Source: Xylographa opegraphella
Lineage: Eukaryota
Assembly (NCBI GenBank): GCA_022813865.1
Contig: JALDZX010000004.1
Location: 62,001 to 126,000 of the forward strand
Direction of reading: 5' to 3'
DNA length: 64,000 nt
The notes under the pieces are model-generated. The model made no database searches. It saw nothing but the letters and a program-made list of their open reading frames with translations, and had not been told where the DNA came from. Positions within the stretch are counted from its first letter, which is position 1. Every line of letters begins with the position of its first letter. This document shows, piece after piece, positions 26,035-39,747 of the stretch. The position numbers and the translations under genes are program-made.

Positions 26035-27972
26035 TTACTCAAGGATCACAGGAAGACCATCACCAGCTGACATAACAAGTGTCATCTTTTGACGTTCCCT
26101 AGAGAATTTCTCCACCCCTTCAGCTTTATGGGACGAATATCCCAACCAAGATTGCTCTTGCGATCGCGCAAACGGCGCCGCTTTGATTATCGGAAATCTT
26201 TGCAGGATTCTTACCACGGCGTAAGATGCTTCGGTAAGCCCGAATTCTTGGCCAAGGCAGACTCTGGGACCACCATTGAAAGGAAGGAAGCCCCATGCCG
26301 CAGTTGTTTTGTCTCTAAACAGTGGTAGATCTTCATCGTCCCAGCGTTCGGGTCGGAATTCCTCAGCATCATCTCCATATAAGTCTTTCCGCCGGTGCAT
26401 CGCATAAACACAGTATGCTACATTATCTCCTCGGCGGATGAGGACCGGAGAGGACCGATCGGGTCCACCGCCGGTAGGAAGAAATGTTGTCTTGCGTGCC
26501 GTCCGGCTGTTGACAGGAACGGGAGGAAACAATCGAAGTGCTGGCGGACCATTGTTAGTAATGGGCACCCTATAGCTAAGCATGATTGCTTATCGGATTT
26601 GGCTGAATGTAAGGCAATACAAGCACTCAACGTGTCTTGCTTTCAGATGGAATCTTACTTTCTTTGAGAACATTGGCAAGATATGTTATTTTTCTGAGAT
26701 TCTCGCGGTCCAAAGCAGAATCATTACCAGCGACGAGATTGATCTCCTTGCGAAGTTTGTCAAGAACATAAGGATACCGAAGCAGAAGATGACTACATGA
26801 AGATTAGTGATCTGATACAGACGCTTGTATCACGAAGCATTCCAGTCGACAGTAGAGTCCTATGAAATGATAGACCTACAATGTCCAAGTCAGTAGGCAA
26901 GCCGTAGTATCTCTACCTGCCAGTAAGATATTCAATAGTTGATCTCTGAGCTCCCTTTGGTCCCTGGTGTCCTTAGCAATAGCATCAAGAAAAATATAGC
27001 GGTCTTGCTTTGTTTCGGTCGTATCGATACTACTGTATCGTTGTTGGATGATCTTATCGACAAAGGTATGAACAGATGAACATGCCTCTCGGAATTTGCG
27101 GCCTCCTATAAACCAGTATAAGTCCAAGAGCCGAAAACGCTTAACGACAATGTCCTGAGCTGTATCAAAATCCTTTCCAAACTTGGTACTGTCCATTGAG
27201 GACAATGACCTTAGACTATAGACGGATTTACCAAAAAGTATGGCGGTAGAAGTGTCCAAAGTGAAGCGAAAGAACAACGGTTGCAGGTCGACAGGCTTGT
27301 TCCTAGGTATGCACGAAATCAGATCGTCGACATGCTCCTCGAAGATATCAAGATCTCGGTACTGCTGTCGAGAAAATTGAGGACGTAAAAGCTCTCGAGA
27401 ATGCTTCCATGCTGCCTCTTCCTGGGTGAATATTCCGTCACCGAGCAAAGGAAATAATATATGGCGTCGTAGACCAAATCCGAAATCTGCTTTAAAGTCA
27501 ATATATCGAGTTTCCACTGCAAGGTGCGTTGGTGAAACACCATTGAACTTGGATGAGAGCATAGTTTCTAAATTCACGGGTTCAATTGTGCCGTAGGCAA
27601 TCGTTCCCAGGAACTTCTGTTCCAATGTGTAGCCAACATCGGAAAAGTGAAAGTAGAACAGGTCCATCAAGCGTTGACTAGAGTCTGCTTGCCAAATCTG
27701 AAGCAGGCGGTCAATGCCCAGTGGCCAGCTATTGCGTAGCCTCGGTGCCTTTTCACAATTATGTTGATGTCGGTACACATCCTCCGACTATCGATGCAAT
27801 AGATCATTCATCAGCATGATATCAGCTGGCGCACAGTTTTACCAATGCATAATACATAGATGAGGCTTACTCTGATCACTGAATATTTAATGACATTATA
27901 GTAAATTGACCAAGCCACGACGACAGAAAAGAAAAAGCAATAATACCATGAATTGTCCACGAGTTGCAGCAT
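26035..27972 (-). CDS. Cytochrome P450, CYP52-like clan
   Basis: Hydrophobic N-terminal anchor ([21 protein letters not shown]), LLGDGIF, I-helix [11 protein letters not shown](T)[12 protein letters not shown], heme motif [10 protein letters not shown]; splices without evident disruption. Confidence 0.92.
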
Positions 27973-28249
27973 TTCTGGTTAGATAGAACAGGCGCCTTGA
28001 CCGCAGTCGAGGCTGGTAAAAGAAGCGGACGACAAAATCCAAGTAGTCAATATACATTCCATGAAGCCTGCTTAGCCAACCGTGCACAAATTTCATGACC
28101 AGCAGCGGCACAAACTCGTACGGATTGTGTAATTTGCCAGTACCGCTCTGGACACAACGAAGCATATCATAGGATGTGCTAGATACTCTGTACTTCAGGG
28201 TTCGGCAGTTTTCCTCGCGCTACTATCAGACGTTCATGACCGGTCTGGA

Positions 28250-31200
28250 GACTCTGGTCCTTGATGCTAGCAGGCAACATCCGTCGAGTGAGTATCCCTT
28301 CATTGCAGTATTGTGATGAGACATTCCTCCAATTACGTCATAGTATAGTGTATATGGCCTGGACGGGGATTGGACCTGTCCAGAAACATGGACTCACTGG
28401 CTAAGGGACTTGTTACCTCTCAATACTCTTCCGGCTCAAGTCTAAACATTCGGCTACGATGCCAGAGTGTCGTCGTTCTTTGGTAGCGATTCGTCAGACA
28501 GCATCTAAAGGTATGCACATACCTCAAATAAGGTTGAGCATTTGTATATATCTTCATCTCGACATATGCCACACAACAGGATTGAGAAGGCTGCCTCGGC
28601 ACTGACCGAGAGGCATGGTCTCCGGCACCCCTGCGAGATCCAATGAAAAGAACTCCGGAAACTCTGCGAAACATAACAGATCAGTTTGCGCCATTGATGG
28701 AACAGTTGCATGTATACTTCTTTTGGGAAACCTTGCGAACCGCAATCGGGGTCGACAATAGCTTTATTCATTTTAGAGGACTCTGTGGCGCCAATTCTGG
28801 ACGATAGGGAAATCCTCGGGTATAATACTCCTTCCCAAATGTGCAGATGTGGGAGCGTTGATTCGCCAGGTCTCAGCGTGGGACTTACCGCCCTACTTAG
28901 ATATGCCAAAGAATCTTATCCCACGATCCGCCTGAGATTGATAGAAGCGAGGAAATTGCTTGGTACACAGCGAACAAATGAAGCTTCCAAACTTGTGGGC
29001 TTTGATGTACGCAACAACAACAAGTCCTTCACTTATGAAAAAAATGGGGGTCCATAAAGTACAGAATAAATACTTTCGCATTCCTCACAACGCCAGCAAA
29101 ATATACAATGGAAGAGATAAATTCATCAATGGCTTACTGGAGAATGCTAGTATCAACGTCAAGACTAGGAGTGCGCCCACAGAGACGAGTTGTTCTCTAT
29201 AGGCTTGGAGGTTCAAGGAAGTCCCATTCCTGATTGAAGTTCGTGCAAGAACATCGTGATGTTCATTATTATCGCCAGCAGTGTGGAAAATGCGGATCGA
29301 GCATTTGCTGAGCTTGGCTAGCTTGGCGGCATGGACGACACTAGTACGAATAGAGTATACTAGGTGGCTTACCTTTCAGTCGATAAGGTACCACCTTACT
29401 CCATACCTACCTTATATTTCAGATTTTTCCCACCTACTGAAAGGGGTCATGTTTTGATAACAAGTCACCATCAGGACCGCAAGGTCATGCTACAGTTGGA
29501 TACTATGATTCAAGGACATAGAGCAAGAGGATGAAATTACTCTACTCCTCAAAGCAGCATGTGTCGAAAACTCCACAGACAGGGAACTTCGAGATCCAGA
29601 AGGCCTATAGCAAAAATACTTGGCTACCTCGCACTCGCTCTTACTCAGGCCGGTGCGCCCATGAGACAGAATATCTGTTCCTCGGAGGATTATCTGGAGC
29701 TTTATTCGTCTCATAGAAAGGAGATCTTCAGCAAATTACCGGTTCAAGGCGCACATCATTATAAATATACAATATATACTATATGGAAAGTTTCATTTCG
29801 AATGATCGATGAAGTAGCGACAGAAAAGGTGGCTGATGCAATTGAAGTCCTCCATATCTTCGCATTTTGCACTTTGAACAGGTTCAGGCAACCATGTTTC
29901 AGGGAGCATGAAATCATCTACGTGATATAAATGTCCCGGATTGAAAGCCAACAGAACCATTCTCTGATCAAATGTTCAATTGGCCACCGCCAATGAATAT
30001 ATTGATTATATGATCGGACAAGCCCCAAGCACGGAGCGGGCAGATGGTTTGACCCTTCTGCCACATTTATTGCTCAAAAAGCCTGTGTGGTGGGATGGAT
30101 AATAATTGCGCCAAGCTTAAGCTACCTTAAGCTGTATACTTTTTCTTTGATCTACAATGGCTTAAGCACAGATACCTATTCCATGCACCCATTGGTCAAT
30201 TTCTCGATGCCTGATCGACTTGAGGAGCCCGACCAACCATATTGGTCCAAGGTCGCCATCACTAACCTGGCGCTTTTCATTTCCAGTAAAGGTCGGCGCT
30301 CCGATCATATTTGCTGAAAATCCTTAGCTCCGCATATTGATGCTGGCTTACATGCCAGGCATATAGGGCCCTACTATCTACATTGACACGTTCCGCAGTT
30401 CAAAAAACTATCAAGTTTGCTAAAATATATTCAAAGTGTGGTCGTTGGATGGAAGCTGCCGAGCTACAGGAAAAGTCTTGGATCTGCAAAAAAAGGCGTG
30501 GGGCCTGAGTTATGTTCAAAGCTTAGAGATTATGTCCGGGCTTTCGTGGAGCTACTAGTATATTGGTCCCATATACAAAGTCTTACGCCTGCAGATGAAG
30601 GTGATGAACACCAGCTTGGAGGCTCTTGTCCAGAAGATCCTAGAAGACTCAAGGCCATGGACGCTCTTGCCAGTACCTATCGGATGTGCGGAAATCTAAC
30701 CGAACGCGAAGACTTGGGCAAAGAGCAATGATTGGGATGAGCAGTATCTTAGGTTCAGGGCACCCTGATACGCTCATGGCGATGCATAACCTAGCGCGTA
30801 CATACATGCACCGAGGTCGGCTTAAAGACGCAGTAGAACTTCAAATGGAAGTTCTGGGAGCCAGGCAGAAGATGCTTGGTCCCGATGATCTCGATACCCT
30901 ATCGACTCTTCATGGCTTGGGAATGAGTTACCATGCCCTCAAGCGACTCAACGAAGCTGAGAAAATAATAGCCATTGTATTGGAATCTAGGAAGCGAATC
31001 CTTGGCCAGGAGCACGCATACACCCTTTGGGCTCTCAACGATCTCGCAAAAATCCAGTGTGCGCAGGGTCGCCCAGTTGAGGCCGAGGAACTACTTGTCA
31101 GTATCCTGGACGTTGTGGAGCGCACACTGGGCACAGAGCACATAGGAATGTTCATGACAAAGCATAACCTGGCGCGTGCATACCTTTGTCAGGACCGATG

Positions 31201-31537
31201 GGCCGAAGCGAATGCTCTGCTCACCGAGCTCGTCGGCGTTCAAACACGAACTTTAGGCGCTGGCCACCCTGATACGTTGAACGCGCAATCCGAGCTCGCC
31301 AGAACGTATAGACATCTTGGAAAGGTGGATCTAGCCGAGAAGCTGTACGTCGAAGTGATCCCCAAATTGAAAGCCAAGGTCGGGGCAGAAAATCCTCAAA
31401 CCCTGAGCGCGATGGGTCAGCTGGCCGCAATCTACACGGAGAGACAGCAATCCGGCGATCGCGCGCTTGAAAATGATGCGGCGAACATAGGCCAGACGGT
31501 CGGTGGACTTGACGTACCGCACGCGAAGACTTTTTGA
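28250..31537 (+). pseudogene. Fungal NLR remnant: alpha/beta-hydrolase + NB-ARC + TPR
   Basis: Fragments HWLRDLLPQ, TFGYDA, APILDD...MCR, degenerate P-loop RLGGSRKS, LGYLALALTQAGA, TIWKVSF, YSMHPLV; many frameshifts and stops; TPR repeats (LGxxHPDTL..M.NLA..Y) are open over 30728-31537. Confidence 0.8.
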
Positions 31538-32516
31538 GGATATTGGAAGGACGCGTCGTACTACATAATATGAAGTCCCGTTCGAGAGACTCGTGCTGTT
31601 GATGGTCCCTTCTGTGACTCGTCGCCGGTCTACTGTAGCTATAATTACTAACTATACCATTTAATTGAGAGCCTCCCCACGGTAGCATTTCATGTCACGG
31701 TATTGCCAGCAGATATTCAATCGTATCCACAACTTAAAGCAGAAGATCTTCAGTATGCTAAACTTTTCATTCCTGAAAGCTCTCGTAGACCTAAATTCGA
31801 CCGAGGCCCGTCAAAATCTGGTGTCAGTGATGAAGGTATAATGATTGCTCCCGAACGAAGCAATTGCGTTGCACAGCTCTGGATCCACAAGACCGAATGA
31901 CTGTAAGGAGACATTCTCAAACCTTCGTGAGCATGTAGAGCGCATCCTTGCAGCGGAATTGCATGAATTCGGAATTTGTTGTTCAGGTAGGGCAGATGAC
32001 ACAGATGTGCTGTCGAATCGAAGGACCTTCTCTCGTATTTCGGACAACGCTTACCCAAAGAAGGTCTACCGCCTGACAACACCGGCCTGTTTGCAGTTAA
32101 AGCGTGGTTATTAGTAGAGCGAAAGAATGTTCAGAGTATCAATTCAAATTGAAGTATTCAATTCAGGTCAATCGGCTACGATACCGTAACCAGATCTGCT
32201 GGTGAGACTAATAAGTACAAACAAACCAAAAAGAACTCCAATGCGATCATGGCTTCAATGCCGCTGAAATCAAACTACCGCCATGCCGCTAAACACAAGG
32301 GGTATCTTAGTATGCTATGCATGTCAAATATCATCATTATCGTGCGTTTTGTTCTTTTTTCTTTCCTCGTACACTTCTCATCGTGTCAGGACTCCCCAGC
32401 AGGCAGATACTTGTGGCGATCGCTAGTGAAAGGTGATCGATAAAGCTGTCTCAGATCTGGTCGGGTTCTTGCAACACCTTCCACTCGTTTCAGGACGCAG
32501 CAGCAGCTGTGGTGCT

Positions 32517-35137
32517 CTAGCTGATGTAGTGGGTGAACGGGCCAATGCTCTTTACGACCCCCATACCCTCAGCTGCTCTCTGCTTGCCATTGCCGTAGGC
32601 TCGGCCGTTAATGACCGCTCCCGACTCCGGAATAACCATGTCCATTGCAGCAGGATCACTGGCTACGATCTCTCCTCCAATATTGACGTGCTGTACGTCG
32701 GTAGCGAGAGCCCCAATTCCAGCATCCAGAGCCTTGTTACGACCAGCTTTGCGCTGGGGTATCTCTCCTTGGCCACTTCCAAGGACAACGAGGAGGTACT
32801 TGAGATTTGCGAGAGTGGTCTTCGGATTTACCATCTTGATTCTTTGTGTCCGCATTAGTCCAGCAATGTCACAATTCAGAAGATACACTCCGTAGTCGAA
32901 CTCTGCAAAGATAGTCCCCAACTGATAAAGGGGAAACTCTCGCTTTCCATTAAACGACTTGCTAGTGATATCATCGCGGATGTGAGTGTGAGAACTGGAC
33001 TGCACAATCGGATACGGCAGGTGATACTCCAGAGCAAAAGCCAGTTCTTCGACGACGTAACACACGAGATCAAGCGAGTATGCTACTTCGCTCTCCGTGA
33101 TGGAGCTACGTTGCAAATTAGTGGGATCCAGCTCGTCCGCATTCGGCAGATGAACTCCACGTATCGTGAAGTTTAGAGGCTTGCCACTGATAGGCTCGAT
33201 GGGAAAGAGGGACGACAACTCTTCAGCAACGCGGCGGACTTGACCACGAAGGTCTTTATGCACGGTCTGCAAATCCTCCTTAGCCTCTGGCGGCGAGACT
33301 CCAGGGTCAGACTTCAGTGCTTCTTCTTGCGCGGCTCTACCGGTACCCATTAAACCCAGACGTTTGATGTTCTCAGCGTGTATCTCGGCTTTCTTTCTCT
33401 GCTTTGCAACAAAATCTCGTCGAATAATTCTCCTAGAAGCTTCTGTTGAACCCAATGTTTCTTGTCGAGTTGTCAAGATAGCAACAGTTGAACGGGTGGG
33501 GCTCGAGTCATTGAGGAGGCGATTGATTCTCTCCATGATCCCTTGGCGCGTAGAATCCGAATCTTGGATGCATTCATCAAGGTTCTTGAGACGCATGAGA
33601 CTGTCGAAGCTCGATGTGCCCTCAATGCGTGGGGTTCCGGGCGTCGAGGGCGTGAAAGGACGGTTGAGCGGCACTGTGTGTGAAGTTGGAGAATTTTGCT
33701 TCGTTATTGCCAGATGATGCGTGAACAAGGCATATATGCCATCCGTGAAATGCCAGATAATACAATTTGGAGGTAATGGGTTACGAAATTCTGCGAGCTA
33801 AGAACGCTTTAGCATTGCAATTTCATATATAATATGATGCAAACTCACGGATTTTCCTAGCCACTGTAAAGAACCGAGATGAACATTAGTTTGGACAAGA
33901 TGCCCGTAGCACGACATATTATCTGTCTTGGCAAAGACATTAATGACCACCTCATCGAGTCTGGTAAGCCATGGTTCCTGCTTCGACATATCGATAAAAC
34001 CAAAATCTGGATTCATGGACTTCGTTACCGTCTCACTGATGTATATAGCAATGTTCGAACCAACAGGGTATATTGCGACAAATGTGTCCGGGAGTTTGTC
34101 AACGATAACATTCTGAAGCTTTTTCTGCCGAATGTCTGGCGTGGTGCTTCCCCAATTGTAGGTACTCCTACGTCGAATTGTTGCAGCTGACGGCCGCGAA
34201 GCTGCGGAACCATCCCTTTGACCAATATTCACACTTGCTTTGATGGAATCCCCGGTTTTGCCAGATATCGTCTTGAGATCGCCAGAAGATTTAGAATGCT
34301 CCATTCTTCCAACATCCTCGCGCAATGCAGTGAGCTTCTGAGGGGTGATGTACGTGGTGGAGACAGCATCATCGTCAATTGTCTCCGTACGTGATGAACT
34401 GGAAGGATCGTCGAAGGTAACATTGCGCAAAGAAATTCCTGTAAGATGACGAACTTTGCGATTCTATTGGAACTCATTCGATTAGCAATGCCATTATTGC
34501 TCATGAGCATCAACACAAGAACACTAGCTGCAATTTGAGGCGACTATGTACTGACCCTCGCTAGCAACCATGGAGTTTGGCGGGTTAAGCCTTGGATGTC
34601 TTCAATTGACATGCTTCCTACTCCCAAACTGGCAAACTCTCTCACCCATAGAGGAAACTCCTTGACGAGTCGGAGCACTGTGATGAGGAAAGCACGCTTG
34701 CGTTCCGAGTCCGAATCAGAGACATTTGATTCATCTTTCTTTGACGTTGCCACTCCTACATCGTCCTCCAAGACGCCTGCAAGATAACGCTGAGCAGCTT
34801 TGTCAAGTTCCTCTCGGGAGGGGGAAAACCAAGGATCGCGATTACGACAAGGATCGTTTTTTAAAAACGACCACTGTATGGCAAATTTCGCGTAAAACGT
34901 GTGCTTCTGCTCAGTGGTTAACGAGAAGCCTAAGGACAACCCCCCTGAAACACCTTGGTCTGCCACTGCAGATTCTTGAACATCAGCTTCGTTCGACAGT
35001 GTTGAGGATTCTGGTGCTTGGAACGCGTCGTGGATTTTCTGGGTGACTGTATAGCACAACAGGTCGAAAAAATACTCATCAGTTCGTCGACTACGGTCAT
35101 CACGAACTGTCCTCGGCATCTTGAACGTGCTTGGCAT
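32517..35137 (-). CDS. VPS38: UVRAG/Vps38 (Atg14 family) PI3K complex subunit
   Basis: PWLLAR|NRKVRHLTGISLRN, YISETVTKSMNPDF, LPPNCIIWHFTDGIY, SFDSLMRL, FTIRGVHLP, LPYP, FDYGVYLLN. Start (34612 or 35137) and last exon are uncertain. Confidence 0.85.
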
Positions 35138-35359
35138 CTAATTACTGGACCAGTGTTTGACGAATGAAAGATAGAACAACAAGTGTTTTGCTGTAAGATT
35201 ACGAAGCTCGTTTTGCTACCCGCACTTCGTGCGTAACGCTACGCCCTACGCCTGGTTGGGTGGAATCGGAGGAAGATCATTTCACCGGTCAGTGTAAAGC
35301 TTTGGACACTGACGGAGTTTGGGACCAGAGAGCATTGCAGTATTGGCCAGGCGAAGTGC

Positions 35360-36302
35360 ATGGTACCGGACACTCTAATGAGAATGGCTACCTCAACCGT
35401 CACCGCTACACCACAAGCTTTTAAGCATGGTAATCACATCTTTGTCTACTCCCATGTTCGTACCAACCAAATAATATACTCCTTGACACGGTCCATGAAG
35501 GTACGTCAGCTCGCACTTTCGCAGCAACCACACGAAGTGACATATTTTTTGGCAGAATAATACCTCCTTAAAACAACTTCCCTTCCTCGGCAAGAAGACT
35601 GTCCCAGCAGCGCTCCGCAAAGATCTCTGGCATCCACTCTGCCTCTTAGAGTTCCCCAACTCTACGCAAGGCCTTTCTGTCTTCCGCAAACTCCGCGAGC
35701 TACGCCGGCTACATGAGACTTCCTACCCTCTTTCGACGGTTACCCAGACAGAAGGTATCCATAAGGGGCAACTGCTTCCCAAAAAGAAGCGCGGACACGT
35801 ACTTATGAACCAGAAAGCCAATTCTGTGGCTGATATGGCTGCTGTATTGCTGAATCAGGCGAAAGAGCCCACGGAACGAGAAGTGACGCTGGCGAAACGG
35901 AAAGTTAGGACGGACGGGCGGCCGTTAGCGAAGAGGGGAAAGGGAAGTCAGGCTAGTGCAGATGCTTTGACGATCAGAGGCAGTGTGGAAGGAGTGAAGA
36001 TACGCTGGGCTGACATACTCGACGCGGAGTATGCGGAGACGTGGCCGGCTGAGGTCGTGCATGATGGGCTGGAGAAGCATAGATACACGGCTGCCTGGCC
36101 GCAAGCACCGCCCTTAGTACCAAGGGAAGAGATGCTCGCGGAAGAGGTTATGGAAGAAGTAGAAGAAGAACAAGAAGAAGTGGGCGCTAATCAAAACGAG
36201 GGGATTAATGCTGGACAACGGCAACCGGAGAGGAGAGCAGGCGAGGGATTAGCAGTAGGAGCACTACCCGAAGCATCTAGGTCCAATGTCGCGACTCTAT
36301 GA
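35360..36302 (+). CDS. MHR1: Mitochondrial homologous recombination protein / mL67, 2 exons
   Basis: HGNHIFVYSHVRTNQIIYSL, QLPFLGKKTVPAALRKDLWHP, LRELRRLHE, MNQKANSVADMAAVL. Confidence 0.9.
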
Positions 36303-36577
36303 AGAGTACTACGAGTGAATTGGAAAAAATTCAAGACTTGTAAGGTACGTGCTCTTTTGAAGACTATTACAGCTGTAATACATTAAATATCAAGAGTCAT
36401 TTTAGAACAGCCTTTGAACTTCAAGCATTGCTCTTCTATGTACTGTACATTCATCCAATACTTTATCGTTCCGGTAGGCACAATTCGTAATAAGCGGCGA
36501 TGGCTGATAATGTCTGATTGAAATTGACCTCTCAACCAGTCTCTTACGCTTCTCAAGCAATTCTGTCATATTTGACG

Positions 36578-39376
36578 TTAAATTATTATTCGTTCGAAGC
36601 TATAAGCTCCGACTTCCCGACTTTTCAATCTTCCTACATCCCTCATGTTCCTTTCCTGAATCTCTCCACCCGCCCCAATCTTCGTCAAGCTAGGCGCTTG
36701 GTTAGCTTTCAGACCAAGCGGAAGCACGTTATCGTCGGAAGTCTGAACGGCAACGGTGATCGGTCTCGTCAGGCTTGAATCCTCATTTCGCGTCTCTCGT
36801 GGTCGTTTCTTTACTGTCTTGCTATACAGCAGGATCTCGTTAAGCATACTCTTCAGGTACGCGGCTTCTTCGATACCTTCGAGAGCGGCAGATACCTCCG
36901 CTTTCATGTAAGCTATCGTATCCACGTTGCCGTCAGTAGCTGTGTTCATCGCCCCGGAAATCCAACCTCCAGTGCCCAGGCAATCTATCGCACAATTGAA
37001 GAGTTTGATTGCAATGTTAATGGTGCAATTTGCTTGATCTCGGATCGGGACTTCTTCGCCATCGACATAGCACGATAACCAGCCACCCTGAGCAAGATCC
37101 ACGCGAAGCACATCAACAAAGGATAGTAGGGCTGGGTGTGGCAATTCTGTCCTCAAAGCTTCTCGAATATCGCTTTCATGGAAATTGTGTAGTCTAACAA
37201 GAACATATCGTATCAATTGATGAGCGTTGGACCCCTTCTCTGATTTTAAGGTTGAGCGTAAGTCATGCTCTAAAGGACCGTTGACAAGTTGCATTTCAAC
37301 ATCTGATTCGGGTGTCCCACGTACTTCACCATTCGTGAGAAGCTTCTGATTGGGAACTTTATCATCACTCCGAAGATATTCCATTGCGATGCGCACGGCG
37401 TAAACTAGTTCTCTAGCTGAGAGGAAACTTGGTGATTCAAGTAGACGGAGGAGGTCACGCAAAGACCCATCGAATTCGACAAGAGCGAAGATCATCGCAC
37501 GCGGCTGCAACGCAGCATAAGGTTGGAGTTTTCCACTCTGCCTCAACACCGATTCGATGTACTGTCTAGAGAAGCAATCATTGGCGATGAGCCAATGGAA
37601 GAATTTCCTGGGAAAGAAGGCAATGGTTAAAGAAGACTGAAGAGTTGATGTGTCATCTGACGACTTCAGGTTGTCCTTAACCTCAAACATTTTACTGATG
37701 AGGTATAGCAGCTTCGTTCTGGGATATCTTTGCTTTTGCGCGGACGTTTCACTGGGTTTACCAATCATAATCTCGTTCTTGGTTCCATTCTGCTGTAACA
37801 GGATATCCGCAGCCACGAGGGCATCGAAATCCTCCGTTTTATCGTTGGATACTAAGACATTTATTTGTGCCTTGAGTTCTTCCCATCTTTGATCAGTTGT
37901 GTCCGCGTCCAGTCTTGTGCCGAAAGTCTCCAGAATGTTACAATCTTCTGTCGGTGCTGCTGATTTGAGGGGGCTATTTCTGATACCTCGGCCGATCGCG
38001 TCGATCAATTTACCGCTAAGGGCCCTCTTGGAGCCACCAGCATAGGTTGAGGTTGAATCAGAAAGCTGATACGAGATCAAATTTCTACCTTGAAGTGCAA
38101 CTATAATGCCCATGGAAGGAAAATATGTCAGTAGTCTGATCTTGTCATTTCTCCAGATATGTTTGGTTGAAGGCGACGCTCCCGAGTCTTCAGGACTCGG
38201 CTCAAGTGGGATTATAGACAGCACAGCCTGGTAATGGCTATCCATAATGGAGATATAAGCCGAAGTGGCAAAAGCGACAGAGGATGGAGAAAGCCGCAGC
38301 CACGAATGAATGCGGTTCTTCAATTGCAAATGTTGTGCCAATCGAGGGAGAGTAGTTGTGAAATCGTAAAGCCTAAGGGATTTGCCTTTAGAGTGGTAGA
38401 GTGTTCCACTGCCTGCGTGAATTAAGTAAGACGACTTGTGCTTGTAGAGCAAATCCGGATCAGTAATTTGAAACGATACGAGCTGTTCTATTGCTGAGTG
38501 TCGCAGTCCATATGGAAATAACTCCGATTTTGAACGACTTGCTCGAGTTCTGTAAAGTTCCATTTCGATAGTGTTGCGTGCAGTTCCAGTACCCAGATAC
38601 TGTACAAGTATGACGAGCAAATCTGATACACCATTATCAGTGCCGGGGAGGTCTTTGACCCCCAGCAGCTTTACTAATATATCCTGCCGATTTTTTAGAA
38701 TTCCGCTTCGTGCTTCTTCTGCGTCAAGAACAGTAGCGCACAGAACCCTCGTATTCGAATTTTCACGAGCGTTTGTTCGCGTTCCTGATGCAGAAATCCA
38801 AAGCTCTTCACTCAGGTTCTCTGTGAAGCATCTTATGGCTCCGTCCTCATGAACGGCGACCAAAGCTATGTCTGGAGCTCCAATTTCGGGTTTTGGCATC
38901 TTCATGGTCTGGAGAAAGACCACGGGGCTCGTGATACCGGCGAGGTCGTGGCTGGCTGTGGAGATTTCTCCATGACTCGCATGATTCGTGGGGGATTTTT
39001 CGGTGAAGTATTGTATCCGCGGCTTTGGATCAGCGAGAGAACAATAGGTCAACCGCACATTGGGCCCTTCTTCACGCTTCAGACGAACGGAGTGGGGCGG
39101 ACAAGTGAAAGTTGCTGCTGCTGGTACGGAATAACTGGTAATCAAACTGGAAGCTTGGATCTACCTGATCTCAGTATATGCCATGTATTCGAATTCCGGG
39201 GTTAGAAAACGAACATCGTATAGGTTGATAGCTTCCCCGTTAACCGCAACTGCCAATTCGGTTCTCTTCCTTTTCTTTCCTCTAACCAGAGTAAACACGT
39301 CTGCAGCCAATGTCCCATTATCCACAGTACTCAAAGACTTCGGTACTCTAGCGAGAACCTGGGGCAATTGAAGCAT
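36578..39376 (-). CDS. Utp8-like U3 snoRNP/tRNA export protein, 2 exons
   Basis: 855-aa ORF plus an upstream exon (KKRKRTELAVAVNGEAINLYDV...ITSYSVP...F.CPP); C-terminal YSFERIII resembles the fungal Utp8 family (from recall). Confidence 0.65.
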
Positions 39377-39747
39377 TGTCAAGAAAGCGCTGAAGCTGTC
39401 ATATGAGTTCACAGTACCTTCGAAATTTACCTGACTACCCTATCAATCACTTTGCCCTCAATTTTCGGCTCGGAAGTTTTCGTGGGGCACGCGGCTAAGC
39501 TAGGACTCTACAAGGGAGGCCCCTGTCCGTGTTTAAGTGCGGAACGTCACTACGCGACGTGAATATTAAGATCGTGTCAGACTGTTCACCGACAGCATCT
39601 TGATGGTGATCTAGATTTAATCACCAGAAAGCCTCGGAAGTGAAGACAGTATACTATCGTTTTTTCATGCCCTGTTTCTTAATTTTTTGTTATCGACTCT
39701 ATTTTTCACCCCAGTCCATGCCATTCCTATACAATGATTAACGGCGT

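Noticed and set aside
25640..30700. Premature stops rescued by A-to-I editing or readthrough
   Set aside because: Many lesions in the hydrolase and NLR relics are frameshifts, which editing cannot repair.
31700..32115. Short ORFs downstream of the TPR segment
   Set aside because: No recognisable motif or splice structure.
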